Shown here one piece after another: positions 27,539 to 36,320 of a stretch of 64,000 bases of DNA. Below the pieces are notes generated by a model. It made no database searches, was not told the origin of the DNA, and saw only the letters and a program-made list of their open reading frames with translations. The stretch covers positions 1 to 64,000 of the IMG/VR virus record IMGVR_UViG_3300037692_000137; one strand, written 5' to 3'. Source of the DNA: a virus (taxonomy: Duplodnaviria > Caudoviricetes). The translations under genes were made by a program, and so were the position numbers. Position 1 is the stretch's first letter, and every line of letters begins with the position of its first letter.

Positions 27539-29485
27539 TTAGCGACCGTCAGAACACGGCTCAGCACAAGAGCAACCATCGCCACAAGTAGCCACTTGAC
27601 TGACTTCTTCCTTTTCGGCAGCAGTAAAGGATACCTTGCCTTTTTTGGCACTTACTTTAATAGTGATATCCTTTTGTACATCATCTTCAGCCAGTAGCTT
27701 TTTTGCCAGTGGTGTAGCAACCTCACGCTCTATAGCCCGCTTTAACGGTCTTGCTCCGTAGTCAGAATCTATACCTTTTTCATAAACGAACTCTTTTATT
27801 TTCTCGTCAAATTCGAGCCAGAGTTCTTTATAGTCTGTGTCGTTAGCCCTTAAGTTGTCATTCAATTTGTATAACTCAATATCTATAATACGCATAAAAT
27901 CTTTCTTATTTAAAGACTTAAAGTGTATGATAGAGTCAATACGGTTAAGAAACTCAGGTTTAAACTTGTTCTTTAACGCTTTGTCTAAAGCAGCTTCTTT
28001 TTTGTTCTCAGTAATTTCAGCTACACTACCGAAGCCAATCGTCTTTCTAATACGTTCTACTTCATCTACACCAACATTAGATGTCATAACTATAATAGTC
28101 TGATTAAAATCAACTGTTTTACCTTTACCATCAGTTAGTCTGCCTTCCTCAAGAATTTGAAGAAGTAGCTCATGCACTTTCCTAGAAGCCTTTTCAACCT
28201 CATCAAATACGATAACGCTAAAAGGGTTTTTCATGACCGCGTTAGTAAGAAATCCACCGGCTTCATGACCAACATAACCTGACGGAGAACCGATTAGCTT
28301 AGCATATTCATGGTCTGCTGAATATTCAGAGCAATCAATATTTATCAGGTTATCTCGTCCTTTAATAAGCTCATCTGCCAAAACTTTAGTAGCTTGTGTC
28401 TTACCTACACCAGTACGGCCAGCAAATAAGAACGAACCGATAGGCTTATTTGGCGCTTTGAGTCCGACACTAGCACGTTGAATGGCCTCTGAAAGCTTAT
28501 CCACAGCGTCGTCTTGACCAACCAGCATAATTTTCATGTTGTCTGCTAGTTTTAGTAAGTCCTCTTTAGGTAAATCTCTAAAAGACTTTTTCTTCTTTTT
28601 GTTGCCGCCAGCATACTGCCCCATAGTACCAGATGTAGCTGACTTCTTTTTACTTCCACAAGAACCGCCACAAGAGTCATCCTCTTCATCTGGTTCATCT
28701 GAAAGGGCATGAGCATTTTCATACGTTAAAAACTCGTTACACGATCTACACAACTCATAAAGTTCATGCATAAGTAACGGCGGTGCTACACGCTTTGGTA
28801 TTCCCAGGTCATCCAAAAGTGTGAACAGCCCCTCAAAACCATCCACGCAAAATGAAACAACAAACGTAGCGAAGCTGGTTCTATTATGAAAATACCTATT
28901 CTTTAAAATAGCCTCAGTGTCTTCCGGTGAGAAGCGTTTGATCTGAATATATTGTCCAATACGTTTCCACCACTTTTGTACTACAGTGTATGTAAGTTTA
29001 TTTAAATCTGTATTATTTTTATTGGTATCCACAGTGGCTACGTCTGAAATCGCTGGCGGAATGTCCTTAAAAGAATCTCTTTCTGCTTTTTGACTCCAGA
29101 ATTTAGTGTCTGTAAGTGCTTTAATATCATCTGACACATTGTCAGTTTTAAGTTTTATAACATGGTTTTTATTGATTACTAAATTATCTGGATCTAGCTT
29201 AGGGTTGTGTGCTATAATGGCAGCCATAACCTCTAATCTAACCACCAGTAAATCATCTACCTCAAGCTTTTCTCCAGCTAATTGAAATAATAGTTGATTT
29301 ATATTAGCCACACATGTAGCAATAACATAGTCCTCATACAACCCTTTTGAAATCTGCCCTTTTTCCTTAGTTAGGTAGGCCAGCTTATCTTCAACCTCGA
29401 TTTCTGGTAATTGAAGAACAAGAATTTCAAAGTCATTAGCTTTTTTAATTTTAACTCTAAATACTTGGTAGTCATTTTTAGACAT
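27539..29485 (-). CDS. ClpA/ClpB-like AAA+ ATPase with only the D2-type module
   Basis: Motifs GQDDAV, GSFLFAGRTGVGKT, IDCSEY, KLIGSPSGYVG, FDEVEKA, KPEFLNRID and YGARPLKR. The start is reassigned to ATG 29485 (AAAGGAG RBS). Confidence 0.9.
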   Translation of the reverse strand: MSKNDYQVFRVKIKKANDFEILVLQLPEIEVEDKLAYLTKEKGQISKGLYEDYVIATCVANINQLLFQLAGEKLEVDDLLVVRLEVMAAIIAHNPKLDPDNLVINKNHVIKLKTDNVSDDIKALTDTKFWSQKAERDSFKDIPPAISDVATVDTNKNNTDLNKLTYTVVQKWWKRIGQYIQIKRFSPEDTEAILKNRYFHNRTSFATFVVSFCVDGFEGLFTLLDDLGIPKRVAPPLLMHELYELCRSCNEFLTYENAHALSDEPDEEDDSCGGSCGSKKKSATSGTMGQYAGGNKKKKKSFRDLPKEDLLKLADNMKIMLVGQDDAVDKLSEAIQRASVGLKAPNKPIGSFLFAGRTGVGKTQATKVLADELIKGRDNLINIDCSEYSADHEYAKLIGSPSGYVGHEAGGFLTNAVMKNPFSVIVFDEVEKASRKVHELLLQILEEGRLTDGKGKTVDFNQTIIVMTSNVGVDEVERIRKTIGFGSVAEITENKKEAALDKALKNKFKPEFLNRIDSIIHFKSLNKKDFMRIIDIELYKLNDNLRANDTDYKELWLEFDEKIKEFVYEKGIDSDYGARPLKRAIEREVATPLAKKLLAEDDVQKDITIKVSAKKGKVSFTAAEKEEVSQVATCGDGCSCAEPCSDGR

Positions 29486-29498
29486 TAAGTTGTCTCCT

Positions 29499-30488
29499 TT
29501 ACTGTTTACGATATAAATGATTTCCATAACTGATAACAGCCACGGCTTGTTTATAAGTAAGTTGATCCATGGCTGGAACATTAGCAGTATCCATAGTGTT
29601 AGCCTCAAAAGCTGCTAGAGCTAAATCCTCATATTTAACACCCCTTAAGTTTAGAAGTGCGTCTAAAGCAGCCAGCTGAACATCCGTAATACCCCCTACT
29701 GGTCCTCCATAAGAAGGCTTAGTGCTGCTCATAGGAGGTGTAGTAGAATTACCGTTAGCAGGTGAAGGTATTTTAGGCATAACATTTTTAACTTTTTCAA
29801 CTGTAACAGGAGGCTCTTCTTTTAACTCTACCACTGGTGTCATAGATGCAGTAGGCGGAGGAGACATTTTTTTACTTTTAGTCTCTGACAAGGGTAACTG
29901 CACCGTGGGTGGTGTCATTTCTTGTTCATCAACCACTACTGGCTCAGAGGCTGGGCTACTTGCCGTCGGTATGGTAAAAGTGGGCTCTGTAATCGAAGGA
30001 CTTACCTCTGTCCTAGATAAACTAGGCGGCGCAAAGGTAGGTGGCATCACATCTGAATCTCCGTCATCGGATGACTCATACTCACCATCAGTCCAATGGT
30101 CACCTTCTAGATATAGCCCTACGCCATACCTTGTACAAGCGTTTCTAATGGCTGTTGATAAAGCACCTTTGTATGAATTGCCTATATCAATAATCTTACC
30201 TTCTTTAGGGCCGCTTCCAAAACGGGCTATAGCTGAGCTACCATACCCTTCGTGACAAAAACTTTCTCTGTCATTAGGTGCTACTTGCACCATAACACGT
30301 ACAACAATGAAGTCTTCAATTATCTCACTGGATAAAACCTTAGTACTCCAACGACCTTTAAATACCTTGTTCATTCTATCAATAACGTCAGTGCTAGGTA
30401 CGTACTTAAACTGTTGATTGCCGACACCTTTACGCGTCCTAAGTTCAAAACGCTCATACAGCTGTTTTAAAACATTATCATCTACCAT
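29499..30488 (-). CDS. Rad52/Rad22-family (Sak-like) single-strand annealing protein
   Basis: R.G.G...F.YV....VI.RMN.VF...W, EGYG, K.A.S.A...A...GVGLYL, followed by a Pro/Thr-rich linker. Confidence 0.85.
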   Translation of the reverse strand: MVDDNVLKQLYERFELRTRKGVGNQQFKYVPSTDVIDRMNKVFKGRWSTKVLSSEIIEDFIVVRVMVQVAPNDRESFCHEGYGSSAIARFGSGPKEGKIIDIGNSYKGALSTAIRNACTRYGVGLYLEGDHWTDGEYESSDDGDSDVMPPTFAPPSLSRTEVSPSITEPTFTIPTASSPASEPVVVDEQEMTPPTVQLPLSETKSKKMSPPPTASMTPVVELKEEPPVTVEKVKNVMPKIPSPANGNSTTPPMSSTKPSYGGPVGGITDVQLAALDALLNLRGVKYEDLALAAFEANTMDTANVPAMDQLTYKQAVAVISYGNHLYRKQ

Positions 30489-30535
30489 TACAAATTCTCC
30501 TTTATTATATAATCACTTTTAGTAAACATGTATAT

Positions 30536-30564
30536 AGTATATAACATTAATTAGTTTTCGTCAA
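30536..30564 (-). promoter_or_regulatory. sigma70-type promoter
   Basis: TTGACG, 17 nt, TATACT on the - strand. Confidence 0.65.
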
Positions 30565-30715
30565 TAACTTTTATAGTATGTACACATTTTTTATCACAGG
30601 TACATTCTTTAATATAGGGTACTTTACCAGCTTCCCCCGGTATGACTTCAACACCTCCGTACTCCCCTGAAATATGACAGGTACACTCTTCACTACATTT
30701 ACACTCATCAGACAT
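30551..30715 (-). CDS. small Cys/His-rich protein
   Basis: Own translation, 54 aa: MSDECKCSEECTCH...KECTCDKKCVH. Confidence 0.55.
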   Translation of the reverse strand: MSDECKCSEECTCHISGEYGGVEVIPGEAGKVPYIKECTCDKKCVHTIKVIDEN

Positions 30716-30799
30716 AATGCTACCCCCATAGTTTTGTCCCGTATATGAATTGCTAATTTAGGTACAGGTGGTAAGCCTACCTGACAACGGGACTTTAGG

Positions 30800-31393
30800 T
30801 CATAACTTTTTATTTATTTCACTGTAATGATTCCAAACCTCCAAATCAAGTTCCGCAATAGTTTTATTGTATGTACATGCTAGTTTAACAAATTCTTGTT
30901 CTAATTGCAAGTATTTTCTTTTGGGTGGTGTAGATTTTGGCGCATCGAAACCCATGAGCCTCAAAAATTTAAGCACATGAGTATCCAGGCCAGCACAAGT
31001 TGCATTTCTTCTACTATGAATTATAAAACATCTGGCTGTTTTCATCCCTATTCCGTGTATTTTTTCTAAATCTTCTACGGAACAGGTTTCTAAGTCTAAA
31101 CCACAACAAGCCAGGGCTATAAAAGTCTTAGCTTTATTGGTATAGCAACCTATGCCACAATATTTTAGTAGGCTATCCATTCCATGTAGTGGGGTACCTA
31201 CATTATTTGCAGCGTAATTAAGTAGGGCTTTAAATGGTGCTTCATTACCATGTGTTATTTTATTAAGTAATAATTCTAGACAACGAGCGGCGGTTTTACC
31301 GTTCTTACCGGCCGCGCAGACCCAGAACAATAAGCTCTCTTGTAACTGAGCAATAGTTTGATTATAGTTTGTCATGTTGGTTGGATCAATCAT
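30800..31393 (-). CDS. helix-hairpin-helix (endonuclease III/HhH-GPD-like) DNA glycosylase family protein
   Basis: LEKIHGIGMKTAR...LDTHV. The start is set at MIDPT. Confidence 0.75.
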   Translation of the reverse strand: MIDPTNMTNYNQTIAQLQESLLFWVCAAGKNGKTAARCLELLLNKITHGNEAPFKALLNYAANNVGTPLHGMDSLLKYCGIGCYTNKAKTFIALACCGLDLETCSVEDLEKIHGIGMKTARCFIIHSRRNATCAGLDTHVLKFLRLMGFDAPKSTPPKRKYLQLEQEFVKLACTYNKTIAELDLEVWNHYSEINKKL

Positions 31394-31400
31394 AGTAAGT

Positions 31401-31664
31401 TTAGTTCCCTTTAAATTGTACCAGCTGATACCCATGCATCTCTAAAGATCCAACACAAGAAAGTAGATGTGCTCTCCCTTTGTCATCACACATTCCATAG
31501 TAATAGTCGTCGTCACCGTAAACTACCCCATAAAAAGTGTACTCAACCCCATCTTCATCTTGGAACCGTTTGCCTAAAAGGAACTGACTTTCCGCTATTA
31601 TTTTCCGCCAATTACCATGACAAATACAGCCTTTATCGGGCTCAATGAGTGCTTGTTTTTTCAT
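31401..31664 (-). CDS. hypothetical protein
   Basis: The start is set at MKKQAL after GGAGGAG. Confidence 0.65.
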   Translation of the reverse strand: MKKQALIEPDKGCICHGNWRKIIAESQFLLGKRFQDEDGVEYTFYGVVYGDDDYYYGMCDDKGRAHLLSCVGSLEMHGYQLVQFKGN

Positions 31665-31702
31665 TAGGTGCTCCTCCCATAGATTGATAAAAATAGTTAG
31701 GC

Positions 31703-33493
31703 TCATACACGTATGTTAATAGCCCAACCCTTGTAGTGTTCAGCAGTCATCCTAGCACCCAGGTCTGGGTTTCTTATGTAATTACGCCAAGTGGCATCAA
31801 CAACACCATTTTTGGTAACGTACCAAAAGTCCTCGACATAGTTATAATTATCTTTCAATGGAACTCTTTCATCAATTGCTAAATCGGTAGCGTAGTAAGA
31901 CCCTTCTATAGGTACCCATTCACCATCATCTCTCTTAAATGCACCCCATCCATGGCCGGCTACGGAACTTCTTGACATAGCCCCTGTGCCTGCTTTAACT
32001 AAACCACCATACATTCTTAAACGTGAGGGGTCTACACCAGCGTGTAGGGCCAAACTTGTTATAAGGAAAGCCATGTCTTCACAATTATGACATATATGAC
32101 CAAACTTACTTACGAACGTATGAGTATCAGCCACCATAAAGTCACGAGTATTGGTGCTGCCCATAGGTTTAACACTGTGTATGGACACTTCGCTTATACC
32201 GTCGTACCCGTAGTCCTTTGCAAAATAGCTATTAGAGTTATAACTAAGTCGCCATATGGGTTTGTTGCCTAGCCCTTTATGGTCTTTTTGTAACCACATA
32301 TGAATAGGTATGCCCAACTGCATTTGCAGTCTCTGTAGGTCGTAAGCTAACTTGTACGAGCTAGTTGAATAGGTCTTTTCTTTGTTAGAGTTTTCAGCAT
32401 ATTTTGAGTAATGCCCATCCCCAAGAAAGTGTCCATTTATTATAGCATATAGTTTATTCGCTGGCAAGTAAAATAGTTCTTCCGGTATATTAATATCAAA
32501 ACTATTGACTTTACAAAGCCTTAAATACTGCTTCAACTTTGAGCTCAAAAAATTAAGGTAGGGCACACCACTGTTATTAGTAGTAATACTATATGGTATG
32601 TTATATTTATCCAAAATAGGTACTATACTTGTGGGTACATCATAACCACTTGTTCTAACGTGACTACGGTCTGTATCACCTTCAGCTAAAAAATGCCCTA
32701 TAACAAAACATAAATCTTCGGTAAGCCAGGCAATGTCTTTAATTACATACGGTAGTTTTTTAACACAAGGTATTTTACGTTTCCACCACCTGCTAAGGTC
32801 TATATCACATAGCTTAGTTTTCTCATAATCAGAATACTTTTGTACACGCCTAGTCCAGAAAGGGTGGTCCTCTGTCACGTCTATCCAGGTACCATTAGTA
32901 AATTTCACCCTAAAAATAGGTAGATTTCCCTTCTCCCATATTTTAAGCACAGGTTTATAACAATAACTTTTTTTGTCAAAGTCATAAGATAGAACTATGT
33001 CCCCTACTTGTAAAGCACCTACTTCTTTGAGGCCATCCTTTGTCCAAATTTCCTCATAGTTAGCAATACAATCCCCGTCCTTATGTAAAAGCGTTTCAGT
33101 AGGATAGGCCCAGTACTCATTTTGGCCATAATTTAAGTCGTCAGTTTGATAAGTAATATTTTCATTTACCCATTGTTCTACCTTATACATCTTTTCTGTG
33201 TCATCGTAGGAACCCTTTGTTATTTCAGCCGCTAATTTGAACAACCTTGTGTTGGGGTACTCAAAATATTTATTGTAGTCCAAGTCTTGTTCAGCAGCTT
33301 TACCACTTACTGCACCATTAAAACGCAAAAGTGCCACATCAAGAGCTGATTTTGTGTTCATCAGGTTTTGTATAAAGGCACTCGCTGAGTTGGGATCTGT
33401 TTTAAAACTATCCCAAATGGTGGCGGATTTCCAATCATTGATTTGAGGTAGTAATTCAGATATAAAATTAGATACGCTACTGATTGAAGACAT
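31703..33493 (-). CDS. transglutaminase-like/BTLCP-like cysteine protein interrupted by an intein
   Basis: ITYQTDDLNYGQNEYWAYPTETL...GD+CEDMAFL...GHGW, giving a Cys/His catalytic pattern after splicing. Confidence 0.85.
   Translation of the reverse strand: MSSISSVSNFISELLPQINDWKSATIWDSFKTDPNSASAFIQNLMNTKSALDVALLRFNGAVSGKAAEQDLDYNKYFEYPNTRLFKLAAEITKGSYDDTEKMYKVEQWVNENITYQTDDLNYGQNEYWAYPTETLLHKDGDCIANYEEIWTKDGLKEVGALQVGDIVLSYDFDKKSYCYKPVLKIWEKGNLPIFRVKFTNGTWIDVTEDHPFWTRRVQKYSDYEKTKLCDIDLSRWWKRKIPCVKKLPYVIKDIAWLTEDLCFVIGHFLAEGDTDRSHVRTSGYDVPTSIVPILDKYNIPYSITTNNSGVPYLNFLSSKLKQYLRLCKVNSFDINIPEELFYLPANKLYAIINGHFLGDGHYSKYAENSNKEKTYSTSSYKLAYDLQRLQMQLGIPIHMWLQKDHKGLGNKPIWRLSYNSNSYFAKDYGYDGISEVSIHSVKPMGSTNTRDFMVADTHTFVSKFGHICHNCEDMAFLITSLALHAGVDPSRLRMYGGLVKAGTGAMSRSSVAGHGWGAFKRDDGEWVPIEGSYYATDLAIDERVPLKDNYNYVEDFWYVTKNGVVDATWRNYIRNPDLGARMTAEHYKGWAINIRV
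32084..33070 (-). mobile_element. intein with LAGLIDADG-type endonuclease (329 aa)
   Basis: Runs CIANYE...GHICHN with Cys at +1. Endonuclease motifs IGHFLAEG and NGHFLGDG. Confidence 0.9.
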
Positions 33494-33494
33494 A

Positions 33495-33662
33495 TTAAAT
33501 CCTTACGTCTAAGATAGTTCCTTTGTTTGTAGCAGTGGAGCAGGCTTCTTTGGGGTCTTTCGAAAAAATTTTCTTAAGCTTCTTCTTATTCTTCTTCTCA
33601 GTTTTTTTAAGGTCATCTACCATCATTAAGGATGTTTTTTGCATTACCGGTGGTATGGGCAT
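33495..33662 (-). CDS. small Lys-rich hypothetical protein
   Basis: Own translation, 55 aa (MPIPPVMQ...NKGTILDVRI), with a GGAGG RBS. It is preferred over the + strand ORF 33523-33726. Confidence 0.6.
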   Translation of the reverse strand: MPIPPVMQKTSLMMVDDLKKTEKKNKKKLKKIFSKDPKEACSTATNKGTILDVRI

Positions 33663-33806
33663 TGTACATCCTCCCTTTAATAAGACAAGTACGCATGGCT
33701 ATTTGAAAGGCGGACCAGTCTTTTAACATAAAAATAGTGTGTTTACAATACGAAATTTCTTTATCTATAATCATTTACCTGCCTTGTAATTAAGTAAAAT
33801 CTATAC

Positions 33807-34466
33807 TTATTTAATTTTTCGTCCTCTAACCCAACCCAAATTTTCCAACGTGTTGAGATCTTCTTTATTTATAGATCTACTCTCATGCGTATAAGGGCAG
33901 TAAACCCACACAGTGCCATAACGAGAATTAAACTGCCCTGCTTGTCCTATTGAATTTTTTCTACCAATTGTGTGCTTGGTCTCTTGTGTGTGCTTCTTAC
34001 CATAAAAACTATTTTTAGCTCCTTTATGCTTACCGGTATGGGATTTACTCATTTTATTTTTATACTTTTCCCATCTGCCCGAAGCTATTAAAATTGTCTT
34101 TAATTTATTACCACACACTAAATTTTCTTGGCCATAACCTTTTTGGCCATTTTTACCATATAAATTTAATTTTAATTCATTTATAGCGGCAATGTTTTTA
34201 TAACCACCCTCAATTAAATTATATGTAAATGGGTTTTTAACAAAGTCTTTGTTTACTAAAATTTCTTCAAGTTCTGACATATCCTCATGGTTATCAAATA
34301 CAGCTAGGATATCTTTTGTAAAATTTTGTATACCATATTTTCGTTGAGCAGCTATAAGATGCCGCCCTGAACCCATATATGTGTCATCAATATGTGTAGT
34401 TCTATGACAACCTACATAAATTTTATTATTAATGGTGTTTGTTATTTTATATACAACATAAAACAT
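33807..34466 (-). mobile_element. free-standing GIY-YIG homing endonuclease (Seg-like, NUMOD3-type repeats)
   Basis: VVYKITN...KIYVG.H, YMGSG, YNL..GG and NSFYGKKHT.ETK. The start is reassigned to ATG 34466 because the longer ORF runs through a tRNA. Confidence 0.85.
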
Positions 34467-34525
34467 ATAATAATTCCTGACACTTAAATAAAAGATTATT
34501 GTATTTGTATAAACATAATAATAAG

Positions 34526-34611
34526 TGGAGCCTAGAGAGGGATTCGAACCCCCGATGTGTTTTACCACGACAGCTTACAAAACTGCTGCTATACCCCTTA
34601 GCGATCTAGGC
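34526..34611 (-). tRNA. tRNA-Thr(UGU) with an atypically long variable arm
   Basis: Acceptor GCCTAGA/TCTAGGC, loop TT-TGT-AA, 16-nt variable region, GGTTCGAAT, encoded CCA. Confidence 0.8.
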
Positions 34612-34639
34612 CTATATATATATTAAAGTTAGTTAAAGC

Positions 34640-34714
34640 TGGGAGCAGCGGCAGGACTCGAACCTGCATAACCAGGGATATGAGCCCTGTGAGAAGCCAT
34701 TTCTCAACGCTGCG
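34640..34714 (-). tRNA. initiator tRNA-fMet(CAU)
   Basis: Anticodon CAT, GGG/CCC in the anticodon stem, unpaired C1:U72, A11:U24, encoded CCA. C73 is atypical. Confidence 0.88.
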
Positions 34715-34725
34715 TCACATTTTTA

Positions 34726-35028
34726 TTAGCCGTTCCTCAAAAAGAACAAATGATTAAAAAATTCAAAATTTATTTTTTGAAGATACTCAGAGGGTGATTC
34801 AATGTCAAGACCCAGCTGGTCAGCTATTACCTGAGTCATTACTTCATCCTGTAAGTACTGCTGATTAAAATTGTAAAATTCATACAAGTCTTCATCAGAT
34901 AGACTCTCCATGTGTGCCTTCCATGCCCCTTGACAGGTAACACAGACATAAGCAGAGTTGTCGTTGTTATTAATACAATTAGGGTCTGAACATTCAGGGC
35001 GAAAATCTAAATAATCTGGTGCTATCAT
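34726..35028 (-). CDS. hypothetical protein with a Cys cluster
   Basis: CSDPNC...CVTC; GAGGA RBS. Confidence 0.65.
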   Translation of the reverse strand: MIAPDYLDFRPECSDPNCINNNDNSAYVCVTCQGAWKAHMESLSDEDLYEFYNFNQQYLQDEVMTQVIADQLGLDIESPSEYLQKINFEFFNHLFFLRNG

Positions 35029-35068
35029 GTGTTAGTCCTCGGTAAGGTTATGTTTAATGCTATTAAGC

Positions 35069-35323
35069 TTATTTACCATAAGTTAACATGTTTGGTAGTA
35101 TTTCATCGTTATTAGACATTGAAACCAGTTCATCTTCTAAAACCTGTGTCCAATATGGTTTACTTCGTAAATAAGATATAGCTGCTGCATAGTCACGCCC
35201 TACCCCCAATTCTTGTGCTACTTCTTGAACTCTACCACAAAATACTCTGTGGTTATTAACAGCTGCTGCGTCTAATGTTACCAAGGACTCATTTATCGTA
35301 GGCATACTTTTAAACTCCTTCAC
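35069..35323 (-). CDS. hypothetical protein
   Basis: ORF downstream of a sigma70 promoter. Confidence 0.65.
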   Translation of the reverse strand: MKEFKSMPTINESLVTLDAAAVNNHRVFCGRVQEVAQELGVGRDYAAAISYLRSKPYWTQVLEDELVSMSNNDEILPNMLTYGK

Positions 35324-35367
35324 TTAGTTTTTAATAATTCTTAGCCTTAATTACCAAACTGGTTAAT

Positions 35368-35396
35368 AGTATAACATACATTAACTGAGTTGTCAA
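35368..35396 (-). promoter_or_regulatory. sigma70-type promoter
   Basis: TTGACA, 17 nt, TATACT with a TG extended -10. Confidence 0.8.
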
Positions 35397-35399
35397 TAG

Positions 35400-35837
35400 C
35401 TACTTTATATTTAATTCAATGTCAATAGTGTTTAAATAAGATGTATACTCATCTAAACTATTTAAATTATTTAATAACTCATTATGCTTTTTACATTCTT
35501 TTATGTGTTTGTAAGTACCATCACAGCGGCAGGTTCTACCACATAGCTTACAATCGCAATAATCCACCGGATAATTACCTTCAATACCCCAGCTACCTCC
35601 GTTATAATATTCATATCTGGTTTCAGTATTTTCAAAAAGTAGCACGCGTAATCTTCTAAAAGCTACATTCTCAGGGTAATTATTAAATAGCTCATGTGAC
35701 CAGTGCGGGACTAACTCTTCTATAATAGCATTTTGTATATGGTCAGGTAAAGAGTCAAACATTTTTACTACTATATCTTTAAGCGTTGCTTGTGCAAACA
35801 ATGTTTCTTTTGTGGGTATAGCCATGATTAACCTCAA
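35400..35837 (-). CDS. hypothetical protein
   Basis: ORF with a CDCKLCG.TCRC cluster. Confidence 0.65.
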   Translation of the reverse strand: MRLIMAIPTKETLFAQATLKDIVVKMFDSLPDHIQNAIIEELVPHWSHELFNNYPENVAFRRLRVLLFENTETRYEYYNGGSWGIEGNYPVDYCDCKLCGRTCRCDGTYKHIKECKKHNELLNNLNSLDEYTSYLNTIDIELNIK

Positions 35838-35841
35838 GTGT

Positions 35842-36093
35842 TTAGTAATCTACTGTGTAGCTTTCAACAAATAATATGGACCTAATTGGTATTAACATAG
35901 TATCTACTTCTATAAAAGTATTATCATTATTATGATCCGCTATTACTTCTAATGGGTTACAATTTTGATTCCTGGATCTACCTGAATTACGTGAAATAGA
36001 TAAATAAGTACATGTAGTGCCTAGTAAATCTACTTTTAACCCATTAAGTAATACTAATCTATAAGCGTACATTCCATAACTCCTTATTATCAA
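35842..36093 (-). CDS. hypothetical protein
   Basis: ORF overlapping the upstream gene by 4 nt. Confidence 0.55.
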   Translation of the reverse strand: MIIRSYGMYAYRLVLLNGLKVDLLGTTCTYLSISRNSGRSRNQNCNPLEVIADHNNDNTFIEVDTMLIPIRSILFVESYTVDY

Positions 36094-36302
36094 ACTTTAA
36101 TTGGATCTGGCTCTTTTAAACCCCAACATTCTAATTCGTACTCATATAAATAGCCTATCACTTCTTCTGGCTCGTTAGGATGCTCTAATTTAATTTCTTC
36201 TAATGTTTTAGGACGGTATTCTCCAGGCTTATCCCCGTAAGCTTGTTTCATTAATGTCTCATCTCGTGCTTCACATAAACGCATAAACCAGTTTTTAATC
36301 AT
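36090..36302 (-). CDS. hypothetical protein
   Basis: ORF with a GAGG RBS. Confidence 0.6.
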   Translation of the reverse strand: MIKNWFMRLCEARDETLMKQAYGDKPGEYRPKTLEEIKLEHPNEPEEVIGYLYEYELECWGLKEPDPIKV

Positions 36303-36320
36303 ATTAGCCTCTTTAAATCA

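Noticed and set aside
34467-34568. N-terminal extension of the GIY-YIG ORF
   Set aside because: It runs through the tRNA-Thr gene, and the nuclease domain begins at ATG 34466.
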